Notes under the pieces: generated by a model
Databases searched by the model: none
Told to the model about the DNA's origin: nothing
Seen by the model: only the letters and a program-made list of their open reading frames with translations
In this document: in pieces, positions 17,051-26,390 of the stretch
Layout: every line of letters begins with the position of its first letter
Numbering within the stretch: position 1 is the first letter of the stretch
Position numbers and translations under genes: made by a program
IMG/VR virus record: IMGVR_UViG_3300009784_000001
Span: 295,944-359,943 of that record
Strand: one strand, 5' to 3'
Source of the DNA: a virus
Taxonomy: Duplodnaviria > Heunggongvirae > Uroviricota > Caudoviricetes
Length of the DNA stretch: 64,000 nt

Positions 17051-17164
17051 CATCATATCAATGGCAATAGATATGATAATAGAATAGAAAATTTACAAAT
17101 ACTTTGTCCTAATTGTCATTCTCAAACTGATAGTTATGCAGGAAAAAGTAGTAGAAAAAAATAA
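17051..17164 (+). pseudogene. HNH endonuclease remnant
   Basis: HHINGNRYDNRIENLQILCPNCHSQTDSYAGK with no start codon; close to the core of 10887..11858. Confidence 0.8.
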
Positions 17165-17167
17165 AAT

Positions 17168-17239
17168 GCGTCATTCGTATAGTGCTTATTATGCGACTCT
17201 TCCAAAGTCAGGACATCGGTTGGATTCCGATATGGCGCA
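17168..17239 (+). tRNA. tRNA-Gly(TCC)
   Basis: GACT-CTTCCAA-AGTC; GCG 5' end. Confidence 0.85.
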
Positions 17240-17249
17240 CAAAATATAT

Positions 17250-17320
17250 ACGTGTTTGGTGTAATGGTAGCATAACTCCCTCCAAATGAGTTGGTTAGGG
17301 TTCGAGTCCTTAAATACGTG
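17250..17320 (+). tRNA. tRNA-Trp(CCA)
   Basis: loop CTCCAAA; G73. Confidence 0.85.
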
Positions 17321-17449
17321 CTTACTTTGAAATGTTAAATAATCTAAAATTTTTATATTATCTAATTTATTAACATTTTCTATTTGTATAATAGAAAAAA
17401 TTATCTTATCTTTGTTCCATAATTAATAACAATTTAAATTTTTAATAAT

Positions 17450-18544
17450 ATGGCACATAATTTAGAGAACAGAGAGGGAGAATACAGTTTTGTAAGTGCA
17501 GCTTCACAACCTGCTTGGCATAATCTTGGTAAAGTTTTTAATAAACCTAATTTGACAATTGAGGAAGCTATTAATGAAGTAAGAGCTAATTATAATGTAA
17601 GAAAAGATTATCTGTTACGAATTACTAATGAAGATATTGAAAGAATTAAGAATGGTTTACCATTGAATGAAGTTTTTGATATGAAAGATATTATCAAAAC
17701 TCACCAATGTACTGTTCGTGAAGATTTGAATAATGTTTTAGGAGTTGTTGGAAGTGGTTATGAAGTAGTTCAAAATCTTCAAGGATTTGAATTTGTTCAG
17801 GATATTTTGAATGGAATTGAAGGAAATGTTGGGAATAATAAGCCTTATATTCAAACTGCTGGTGTATTAGGAAATGGTGAAAGAATTTTTGTTAGTGCAA
17901 AATTTCAAAATCCTGTTAAAATTAAAGGAAGTGATGATATAATTGAAGATTACATTTTGTTTACCAATGCACATGATGGCTCAGGTGCTGTAATTGCTAC
18001 TTTTACTCCAACAAGAGTTGTTTGTAATAATACTTTGAATATGGCATTGTCAGGAGCTAAAAATAAAATTTATTTTAAGCATACAAAGAATGTTCATGGT
18101 AAATTGGATTTGAAAAATACAGATAATTTGAATATGGCTTTGAGTGTATTAAGAGGACATCAAGTATATATTGAAACTTTAACTTCACAGTTAGCAAAAT
18201 TGGAAGATATTAAATTGAATGAAAATGATGTTAAAAGAATTGTTGCTGGTACATTTTTAGAGCCTGCTCAAGTAAAAGAATTTGTTCAAAATCAGTATAA
18301 TCTTGATAAATTGGATATTTCTACAAAAAGTAAAAATAATATTGAAAATATGTTACATACAATAGATTGTGGTGTTGGGCAAACCATGTGGAGAGGGACT
18401 GGATTATGGGTTATTAATGGTTTCACTACTTATTATCAAAATAATAAAAGTTATAAGACTGAAGAAAAGAAATTTGATAGTATTATGGACGGTGATGCTT
18501 TCAAGAAAGTTCAAAGAGCATATGATTTAGTAAATGCTTATTGA
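17450..18544 (+). CDS. DUF932 / phage-plasmid-like protein (TIGR03299-like)
   Basis: PAWHNLG, VVQN, TAGVLGNGERIF, NAHDGS, RVVCNNTL. Confidence 0.85.
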   Translation: MAHNLENREGEYSFVSAASQPAWHNLGKVFNKPNLTIEEAINEVRANYNVRKDYLLRITNEDIERIKNGLPLNEVFDMKDIIKTHQCTVREDLNNVLGVVGSGYEVVQNLQGFEFVQDILNGIEGNVGNNKPYIQTAGVLGNGERIFVSAKFQNPVKIKGSDDIIEDYILFTNAHDGSGAVIATFTPTRVVCNNTLNMALSGAKNKIYFKHTKNVHGKLDLKNTDNLNMALSVLRGHQVYIETLTSQLAKLEDIKLNENDVKRIVAGTFLEPAQVKEFVQNQYNLDKLDISTKSKNNIENMLHTIDCGVGQTMWRGTGLWVINGFTTYYQNNKSYKTEEKKFDSIMDGDAFKKVQRAYDLVNAY

Positions 18545-19028
18545 TATGTTGGAAGAAGGATTAATCAGTTATGAAGTAGCCCAGTTAGCAAAACAACTGG
18601 GCTATACTAATGGTAGCAGTACAAACTATATTTCATATGGTGAGGACTATGTTTATGATAATGATCCGAATCATCCAGAAAGTTTTAGAAAAGGAGAGAT
18701 AAGATTTAATGCAAGAACTTTCTGGAGAAATAAATCACAAGATGATGATTGTACTTTTCACTTATTTGAATCTCCTACTCAATCATTATTATATAAATGG
18801 TTAAGAGAAAAATATAATGTGGATATAAAAATTGAAAATATTTCAGTTGATGAAAAAGAAAAAATATATTATGGAACTATAAATATTGGAGAGTTTTCTG
18901 ATTATGTATATAAGAAAACAACTGATATATTAATCACTTATATTTTAGATTATGATGAATATGAATTTTGTTTTGAGAGATGTCTTTTCAAAGTATTAAA
19001 TTATTTAAATGAAAAACAAATTAAATGA
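18534..19028 (+). CDS. hypothetical protein
   Basis: PTQSLLYKWLREK motif; 164 aa. Confidence 0.65.
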   Translation: MLIDMLEEGLISYEVAQLAKQLGYTNGSSTNYISYGEDYVYDNDPNHPESFRKGEIRFNARTFWRNKSQDDDCTFHLFESPTQSLLYKWLREKYNVDIKIENISVDEKEKIYYGTINIGEFSDYVYKKTTDILITYILDYDEYEFCFERCLFKVLNYLNEKQIK

Positions 19029-19255
19029 AATAGAAAAGGTTTTTCTTTGGAGAAAAGAAAAAGAAAAATGCTCTTCTAAAATAATATGGCTTGTAGTTTA
19101 TGAAGATAGTCATATTGCCACTTATGATGAAGATGCTGAATATATTGGTAAGGAATGGGATATTATTCCTTTTAAAAATAGAATAGTAATGCCTATTGAT
19201 TTTGTAGAAGATTTAAAAATAGATCCTGTATTTAAAAATAAAGTAAAATTTATTC

Positions 19256-20011
19256 ATGTTTGAAAATCAAATAATTAATGGGAATTGTTTGGGAATTATG
19301 AAAGAAATAAATGATGAAACTATACATCTTTGTTTCACTTCACCTCCTTACTATAATACCAAAAGTTATTCCCGATATGCGACTTATGATTTATATCTTG
19401 AATTTTTAAGAGATGTTTTCAAAGAAGTTCATAGGATTACAAAAGAGGGAAGATTTTTTGTATTGAATATTTCTCCTGTTATAACTCCGAGATTATCTCG
19501 TTCTCATCAATCAACAAGACATCCAATTCCATTTGATTTACATCCATTATTACAAGATATTGGATGGGAATTTATTGATGATATAATCTGGGTTAAGCCA
19601 GAAGCGAGTGTAAAAAATAGAAATGGGATATTTTCTCAATGTAGAAAACCATTAACTTATAAGCCAAATATAATAACTGAATATTTATTAGTTTATAGAA
19701 AAAAGACTGATAAATTAATTGATTGGAATCTGAAACAATATGATAAATCTATTATTGAACAAAGTAAAATATTGGATGATTATGAAACTAATAATATTTG
19801 GTATATTCATCCAAAAGCTAACAAGCTACATCCTGCTGTATTTCCAGATGAATTAGCTGAAAAAGTTATTAAATATTACTCATTTATGGGAGATTTAGTA
19901 TTTGATCCATTTTTAGGATCTGGAACCACTTGTAAAGTTGCTAAAAAGCTAAATAGGAATTATTTTGGTATTGAATTAAATAAAGAATATTTTGAAACTA
20001 TTAAAATATGA
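19256..20011 (+). CDS. DNA methyltransferase, beta class (likely N4-cytosine)
   Basis: TSPPY; HPAVFP; DPFLGSGTT. Confidence 0.9.
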   Translation: MFENQIINGNCLGIMKEINDETIHLCFTSPPYYNTKSYSRYATYDLYLEFLRDVFKEVHRITKEGRFFVLNISPVITPRLSRSHQSTRHPIPFDLHPLLQDIGWEFIDDIIWVKPEASVKNRNGIFSQCRKPLTYKPNIITEYLLVYRKKTDKLIDWNLKQYDKSIIEQSKILDDYETNNIWYIHPKANKLHPAVFPDELAEKVIKYYSFMGDLVFDPFLGSGTTCKVAKKLNRNYFGIELNKEYFETIKI

Positions 20012-20086
20012 AAATTTCAAATAAATCAAAGAAGTTAATATATGAAGTAATTAGTTTGGAGTAGCTCCATCAATTTAATATAATAC

Positions 20087-20120
20087 AAAAAAAAGACTGA
20101 ATTTTTTCAGTCTTTTTTTT
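20087..20120. terminator. bidirectional terminator
   Basis: A run-GACTGA / TCAGTC-T run between convergent genes. Confidence 0.8.
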
Positions 20121-20138
20121 ATTATATTTTTATTTCTT

Positions 20139-21065
20139 TTAGAAACTTCCCCACATTAATTCTGCTGATAATCCATTAGCTCCTACTGATAAAAGAACAC
20201 CTGAATCATTAGCTGCCACTGCATTTGCAGTAGATGGATCAATTAATATTGCAACTCCATTTCCTCCTGCTGCTGTTAAAGCACCATTAGCATCAAGAGT
20301 TACATCTCCATATAATCCATTAGCCCCTTGATTTAAAGCGACTGTGTTAGTTGTACTAGTAGTTATATTTAATGCTGCTTTTAAACCTGTTGCTGAAGAT
20401 AAAGCAACTGTATTTCCTTGTGCTGAATCTAATATTACATTAGCTGTCAAACCTGTTGTATCTTGTGCTAAGGCAACTGTACTTGTATTAGCTCCAAGTG
20501 TTAATCCTACTGTTAAACCACTTGCATTTGCAGATAAAGCAACTGCATTGTTTGGGGTAGCACTTGTAATTACTTCTGCTGTTAAATTATCAGTAGTGCT
20601 ATTAAAACTTAAAGCAACAGTTTCTCCATTTTCAACATTAAGTGAAGGTAAAACAAATAATCCTCCATCAGTTCCAAACTTAAGGGCATTTCCAGTATCT
20701 GTGGATAAAGCAACTGCTAAACCATTGCTTCCACTATCTACTTTTAATCCCATATCTGGAGCTAAAACTACATCAACTTGTATATCTCCATTACCTGCAA
20801 TTGTAGTAGTAGTTGCACTTCCATCTATTCCAGTTATAACAGGAACATCAACTGTGCTGCCATCTGCTTTTGTGAATGTTAATGATAATGTGTTACTTGT
20901 TACTGTAATTTCTGCATCTACAAATCCTTCTCCACCTGTATACCAATCTTGATTTTCTAATGATAAAATACCATCTGTTAAGTTTACATAAAATGTTCCT
21001 GCATCACGAGAGCCTACTGCTGGAGCCATAGTAGTTCCTTTTTTAAATTTTACTAAATCTGCCAT
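20139..21065 (-). CDS. probable virion fibre/structural protein with beta-rich repeats
   Basis: repeated N(A/T)VAL...GLxA units; rich in G/T/N/A. Confidence 0.55.
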   Translation of the reverse strand: MADLVKFKKGTTMAPAVGSRDAGTFYVNLTDGILSLENQDWYTGGEGFVDAEITVTSNTLSLTFTKADGSTVDVPVITGIDGSATTTTIAGNGDIQVDVVLAPDMGLKVDSGSNGLAVALSTDTGNALKFGTDGGLFVLPSLNVENGETVALSFNSTTDNLTAEVITSATPNNAVALSANASGLTVGLTLGANTSTVALAQDTTGLTANVILDSAQGNTVALSSATGLKAALNITTSTTNTVALNQGANGLYGDVTLDANGALTAAGGNGVAILIDPSTANAVAANDSGVLLSVGANGLSAELMWGSF

Positions 21066-21158
21066 TTTTTTCTATTTTTTTAATTTATTTATTTCTATTA
21101 TATAAATAGTATTATTAATTAAAATATTTATATAAAGAAAAAAAAGTTTCTCATAAAT

Positions 21159-22244
21159 ATGGACATTTCTACTATACAATTAAACAAATGGATGAGTTAT
21201 TTGGATAACAACAAATCATTAACTGAATTATCTATTCCAGGTACTCATGATAGTTCTACATATAATACAACTAATTCTTTATCAAAATGTCAAACTTATT
21301 CCATAGTAGATCAATTAAGTGTAGGAGTTAGATTTCTTGATTTAAGGGTTAGATATAGTAGTGGTAGTTTTGGAATGTATCATGGAGTTGATAATTTAGG
21401 TGGTCTTACTTTTCAAAGTGTAATGACAGATGTAAAAACATTTTTGCAAAATAATCCAAGTGAAGTAGTTTTATATAGATTTATGAGGGAAGATAGTCAA
21501 CAATTACTTCCTGATAATACAAATAATGATGATTTCTTTATTGCTCAATTACAAACTGAATTATCAAATGTTGGATTAACATGGCATGATACTTCTACTG
21601 TGGCTGATTTAAAACTTGGAACTAATAGAGGAAGGGCTATAATTATTGAATATAATTCAAAAAATACAAATGCAGGTTTTAATATGGCTGCTTATGCTGT
21701 TAGAACAAGCCCATATAATTCTGGCTTTAGTAACTCTAGTTTTTTAACATCACAAATATCAGACAAATATCAAGATTTAATAACGAATGCTATTCCTGCA
21801 TTTGCAAAAAATAAATTTAGTAGGCTTGAATTAAATGCAGATGGTGGAACTCTTGTTTTAGGAGTACAAGTTCCTAATCCGCAACAATTTGTTCAAGCAT
21901 TTGCTCCAGTATATTATCAAAATTTAAGACAATATTGCAGAAAAGGTCCAAATTATTTATGGTTTATAGATTTTGAAGAAATATTTGCAGGAACAGGAAT
22001 TTTTTATCAAGAAATAATATTTAAAAACTTTGCTATGACAATCCCAACAAATTTAAAATTAATACTATCAGGGAATATACCAACAACCACTGAACTTGAA
22101 TTAGGACAAATGGCTATTGGTAAAATTGGTGGAAATCAGTATCTTTTCATGAATGATGATAATACTGTAACCTCAATTAATATAAATTCTCTTGCTACAA
22201 CTGCTCAATTAAGCAGTTTACAAGGAGTTGCTCCATTAATATAA
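21159..22244 (+). CDS. phosphatidylinositol-specific phospholipase C X-domain protein
   Basis: WM, LSIPGTHDS, CQ..SI..QL..GVRFLDLR, YHG. Confidence 0.8.
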   Translation: MDISTIQLNKWMSYLDNNKSLTELSIPGTHDSSTYNTTNSLSKCQTYSIVDQLSVGVRFLDLRVRYSSGSFGMYHGVDNLGGLTFQSVMTDVKTFLQNNPSEVVLYRFMREDSQQLLPDNTNNDDFFIAQLQTELSNVGLTWHDTSTVADLKLGTNRGRAIIIEYNSKNTNAGFNMAAYAVRTSPYNSGFSNSSFLTSQISDKYQDLITNAIPAFAKNKFSRLELNADGGTLVLGVQVPNPQQFVQAFAPVYYQNLRQYCRKGPNYLWFIDFEEIFAGTGIFYQEIIFKNFAMTIPTNLKLILSGNIPTTTELELGQMAIGKIGGNQYLFMNDDNTVTSININSLATTAQLSSLQGVAPLI

Positions 22245-22263
22245 GATATAAAAAAATAATAAA

Positions 22264-23067
22264 ATGCAAAAGAGAAAATTGAAAGTAGTTCTTGATCCAG
22301 CGCATGGTAATGATGTTGTAGGAAAATGTTCTCCTGATAAATCACATTATGAATGGATGTGGTCCAGAGAAAGGTGTAAAAATATAAAAGTACTTTTAGA
22401 AGAACAAGGTTTTGAAGTTTATTATAGTAATGATACTGATAAAGAAATAGGTTTATCTAAAAGAGTTTCAATCACTAATGCTTTATGCAAAGGAAAGGAA
22501 AATGAGTTTATATTAATTTCTCTACATAATAATGCTGCTGGAATGGGAGATCAATGGATGACAGCAACTGGTTTTGAAAATTATATAACAGATAGAAATA
22601 ATAAATCTAAAGATATAGCAAATACAATGTTATCTGAATTAGTAAAAGATTTTCCAACTATAAAAAATAGAGGATTAAAAACAGCTAATTTCACTGTTAT
22701 AACTGTTAATTGTTATTCTTTTTTACTTGAATTTTTATTTCAAGATAACAAGAATGATGTTGAATTACTAAAAGATCCTAAAATTAATAAAATATTTGAA
22801 GAATGTATTAGAGATACATTTATAAAAATTGATGAGCAATTATTTGGTACATATTTGGAAATTAAAGAAGAACCATCAGTAGAAATACCAGATAATTCTA
22901 GTAGTAATGAAATAAATAATATAAATGATGAAACAGTTGTAAAACCTTTAACACCACCATCTTTACCTGATAATACAATTAATACTAATTCACCGCAATC
23001 TAATAACATAATAACTATAATTCTTAATTTTTTGTCAAAACTTTTAAAAGGAATATTAGGGAAATAA
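22264..23067 (+). CDS. N-acetylmuramoyl-L-alanine amidase (Amidase_3; endolysin candidate)
   Basis: LDPAHG, E, ISLHNNA, LLEFLF. Confidence 0.85.
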   Translation: MQKRKLKVVLDPAHGNDVVGKCSPDKSHYEWMWSRERCKNIKVLLEEQGFEVYYSNDTDKEIGLSKRVSITNALCKGKENEFILISLHNNAAGMGDQWMTATGFENYITDRNNKSKDIANTMLSELVKDFPTIKNRGLKTANFTVITVNCYSFLLEFLFQDNKNDVELLKDPKINKIFEECIRDTFIKIDEQLFGTYLEIKEEPSVEIPDNSSSNEINNINDETVVKPLTPPSLPDNTINTNSPQSNNIITIILNFLSKLLKGILGK

Positions 23068-23302
23068 AATTTTTTTTAGTATTTTTGTTGATGAAAATAT
23101 TAAATAATATGAAAACTTATTTTGATGTTGATGAGATAGCTTCTCTGAAATTAGAGGATGGATTTCTTTTTGTTAAGTTAATTATAAATTATAAAAATGG
23201 AAAAAAAGAAGTAATTAGAAGGTATAATGACATTTATAATACAGCTTATTATGAACTTGAAAATTTATATGATAATTTATTAAAGAAAATTAATAAAAGA
23301 AA

Positions 23303-23701
23303 ATGTCAGGGCAAATAATAGTATATAATAAAAAAACTGAATCTCATCAATCTGATAAAAATAATTTTTATATTGGAAGAGGTAAAAATAGTATTTTAGG
23401 TAATCCTTTTACTCATATAAAAGATAAACAAACGTTAGCCCATTTTGTTGTTGATAGTAGGGACAAAGCTATTGAAAGATATGAACAATTATTACCTCAA
23501 TGGTATAGAACAAAAAAAGATGTCTTTAATTTGATTAATAATTTGCATGAATTATATAAAAATGGAGAAACAATTTATCTTGAATGTTATTGTCATCCAT
23601 TAAAATGTCATGGTGATATAATAAAGGAATTTATTTTGAAAATGGATTTTAAAGAAAAATTTGTTAAAAGAATGGATTCTCTGCTTCAAGAAGAAAAATA
23701 A
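23303..23701 (+). CDS. DUF4326 protein
   Basis: YIGRG..LGNPF...LECYCHPLKCHGD. Confidence 0.8.
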   Translation: MSGQIIVYNKKTESHQSDKNNFYIGRGKNSILGNPFTHIKDKQTLAHFVVDSRDKAIERYEQLLPQWYRTKKDVFNLINNLHELYKNGETIYLECYCHPLKCHGDIIKEFILKMDFKEKFVKRMDSLLQEEK

Positions 23702-24005
23702 TGGTATTATTATGTTTTTTGCATATTTCAATAAAATTTAATACTTCTTCATTGGTTAATTCAAACCATTCATTTAATAAATGATTATTTTTGTAATGAT
23801 TATGCAGCATTTTTTCTAATTTAAATGGATGTTCAGTTTTAAATACATGTGTAATTTCTAATTCATTAGGGTTTCCTGTTTGTAAAGTATCTTTTCGTTT
23901 AGTTGCATTAGTTTTACTACATCCAATTTTATAATTAGCTCTTATTATATTATTTTCATCTTTATTTTCTGTTCCAATTGAATGAATTAAATAAACAACT
24001 CCCAT
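23664..24005 (-). CDS. GIY-YIG (T5orf172/MUG113-like) protein
   Basis: VYLI..YKIG..LQTGNP..LEKMLH..EWF. Confidence 0.8.
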   Translation of the reverse strand: MGVVYLIHSIGTENKDENNIIRANYKIGCSKTNATKRKDTLQTGNPNELEITHVFKTEHPFKLEKMLHNHYKNNHLLNEWFELTNEEVLNFIEICKKHNNTIIFLLEAENPFF

Positions 24006-24079
24006 CTCTTAAATTTATATAAATAATAACTTATTTTCTAAAAAAATAAATATTTATACTATATAAATATAAAACAAAT

Positions 24080-24331
24080 ATGGCAACTTTAGTGAACAAT
24101 TTTCCTTATCCTGATGGGATAGATTTAACCAAAGATCAACTTAATGGTGCAGGAGAACATCTACATAATTTATATTCTTCCAGAGGTGATATGTATCAAA
24201 ATTTATGGCAATCTCGTGATGATTTTCAATTATCCAATTTTTATGATTTTGGGCATTTTCAAGATTTGAATAATTTTGATATTTTAAAATGGGGAAGGGG
24301 TGTAACTCCTAATTTTGCTAGTTATTTATAA
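24080..24331 (+). CDS. hypothetical protein
   Basis: 83 aa; TATTTAT motif upstream. Confidence 0.6.
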   Translation: MATLVNNFPYPDGIDLTKDQLNGAGEHLHNLYSSRGDMYQNLWQSRDDFQLSNFYDFGHFQDLNNFDILKWGRGVTPNFASYL

Positions 24332-24444
24332 ATAAAGTATTATCATATATTTTGTCCTATTATCATTTTCTTCGATAATAGTACTAAATGGGAAAGATGA
24401 ATAGAGCATTTGTTTTTCTCATTTTTTTTATATAGTTTTGTATT

Positions 24445-25272
24445 ATGGAAGTTTTAAATAAAGACAAGTGGTTATCTATTAATCAAAGAGAAGATGTTGA
24501 GGCATTAAGAAATTATATATTAAATAATTTCAAAGATTTATCTTTTAAAGAAAATACACACCAGTATTTTTTGAATGGAAAAGAATTACAGAGTGTGACA
24601 AAATTAATTCATCGTTTTCAAATACCTTTTAATCAAAAAGAAAAGGCGCAAGAAACATTTGAAAGAAATTTTGATAATCCTGAAAGTAAATATTATCAAA
24701 AGACTGTTAAAGAAATATTAACAGAATGGAAAAAAATAAATAAAGAATCTACTGATAAGGGACATAAAAATCACAATATGGGTGAGAATTGTTTTTATTT
24801 ATTAACAGAACAATATGACAAAATAGATAGAGAATTAGTAGATGGTAATTTAATTCCTTTAGATCAAGAAGAAGAAAATGTGATTAGATTTTTTAACGAT
24901 TTACCACTTAATTATATTCCATTATTAGCAGAAGCAAGAGTTTATGAAGAAGAAAAAGAATATTCAGGTACATTTGATTTATTAATGGTTTATGATAATG
25001 GTAAAAAATTAAGCCAAAACTTGATCTTAGGAGATTTTAAAACCAATAAGGATTTATTCAAAAATTTTCAAGAACAAAAATTATTATATCCATTTGAAAA
25101 TTTATTAGATTCACCTTATTCAACATATATTATTCAATTATCAGCTTATCAAATTCCATTGAGTAATATTGGTTTAAAAGTCATAGATAGAAGATTAATA
25201 TATTTAAGAGGAGAAAATTATAGTATGTACAGATTACCTGATGTTACACAAAAATTAATAAATGTTTTATGA
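24445..25272 (+). CDS. PD-(D/E)XK exonuclease
   Basis: SVT, G...H, E, GTFDL, DFKT, QLSAY. Confidence 0.8.
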   Translation: MEVLNKDKWLSINQREDVEALRNYILNNFKDLSFKENTHQYFLNGKELQSVTKLIHRFQIPFNQKEKAQETFERNFDNPESKYYQKTVKEILTEWKKINKESTDKGHKNHNMGENCFYLLTEQYDKIDRELVDGNLIPLDQEEENVIRFFNDLPLNYIPLLAEARVYEEEKEYSGTFDLLMVYDNGKKLSQNLILGDFKTNKDLFKNFQEQKLLYPFENLLDSPYSTYIIQLSAYQIPLSNIGLKVIDRRLIYLRGENYSMYRLPDVTQKLINVL

Positions 25273-25480
25273 TTACATTTTTTTTTCTTTTTTTACTTAT
25301 ATCTTTAATATTGATTTTTTATGTAATGAAATTGTGTATAAAAGATTTTATCAAATTTTTTAAAGAAAATATTCATTCTGGATTTTTATATATTCTGATA
25401 TTGATATATTTGCTTATTGCTTTTATATACACAACAGCTACTTTTTCTTTTTTATATATAATGTATTTAATATTAAATAA

Positions 25481-26230
25481 ATGGTTATGTGTGAATTAAA
25501 AAATTGTGATATGTTTAGTGAAAAAGGTTTTTCTTCATTAAAAGATAAAAGTATTGATGCAGTTATAACAGATTTTCCTTATGGAACATTAAATAAGAGA
25601 AATGAATGGGATAAAGTAATTGATTTCAATGAATTTTGGAAAGAATTTAGAAGAATAAGAAAAGATACTACTCCTTTGATAACAACAGCTTGTATGCCAT
25701 TTACAGCTTATTTAATATCTACTAATTACAAAGATTTCAAATATACTTTGGTTTGGGAAAAGAGCAAAGCAAGTGGATATCTTAATGCTAAAAAACAACC
25801 AATGAAAGCACATGAAGATATTGTTGTATTTTATAATAAACAATGCACTTATAATCCTCAAATGGTAGAAGGAGAACCTTATAATAAGGGGTTTGCTTTA
25901 AGAGATACAATGGCATACGGAAATCAAAAAGCTACTCTTGTTAAAAATGATACAGGATTAAGATATCCAAGAAGTATTCAATATTTTGTAACTGCTGAAA
26001 GAGAGGGAAAATTACATCCAACACAAAAACCGTTAGCTTTATATGATTGGTTAATTAAAACATATACTAATGAAGGAGATACAATATTAGATCCATGTAT
26101 GGGTTCAGGTACAACAGCAATTGCTTGTATTATGAATAACAGGAATTTTATTGGATTTGAAAAAGAAAAAGAGTATTTTTGTATTGCAGAGAAAAGAATA
26201 AATGACTATGAAAAGACAAGAATTAATTAA
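25481..26230 (+). CDS. DNA methyltransferase, beta class
   Basis: DFPYG; HPTQKP; DPCMGSGTT. Confidence 0.9.
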   Translation: MVMCELKNCDMFSEKGFSSLKDKSIDAVITDFPYGTLNKRNEWDKVIDFNEFWKEFRRIRKDTTPLITTACMPFTAYLISTNYKDFKYTLVWEKSKASGYLNAKKQPMKAHEDIVVFYNKQCTYNPQMVEGEPYNKGFALRDTMAYGNQKATLVKNDTGLRYPRSIQYFVTAEREGKLHPTQKPLALYDWLIKTYTNEGDTILDPCMGSGTTAIACIMNNRNFIGFEKEKEYFCIAEKRINDYEKTRIN

Positions 26231-26390
26231 AAAGGTAATTGATAAATTAAATGATCCTTCAACAAAGATTGATTGGAGCTCATTTGATAAAAGAATGTTT
26301 ACTGATAATATGCTAAGATTATTCTGTAAACATCTTAATATAGAATTTAAGTATGAAACTCAAAATGGAACTGTTCAATGGTGATTATGT

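Noticed and set aside
20344-20952. 202-aa plus-strand ORF
   Set aside because: Antisense shadow of the repeat-rich minus-strand gene 20139-21065.
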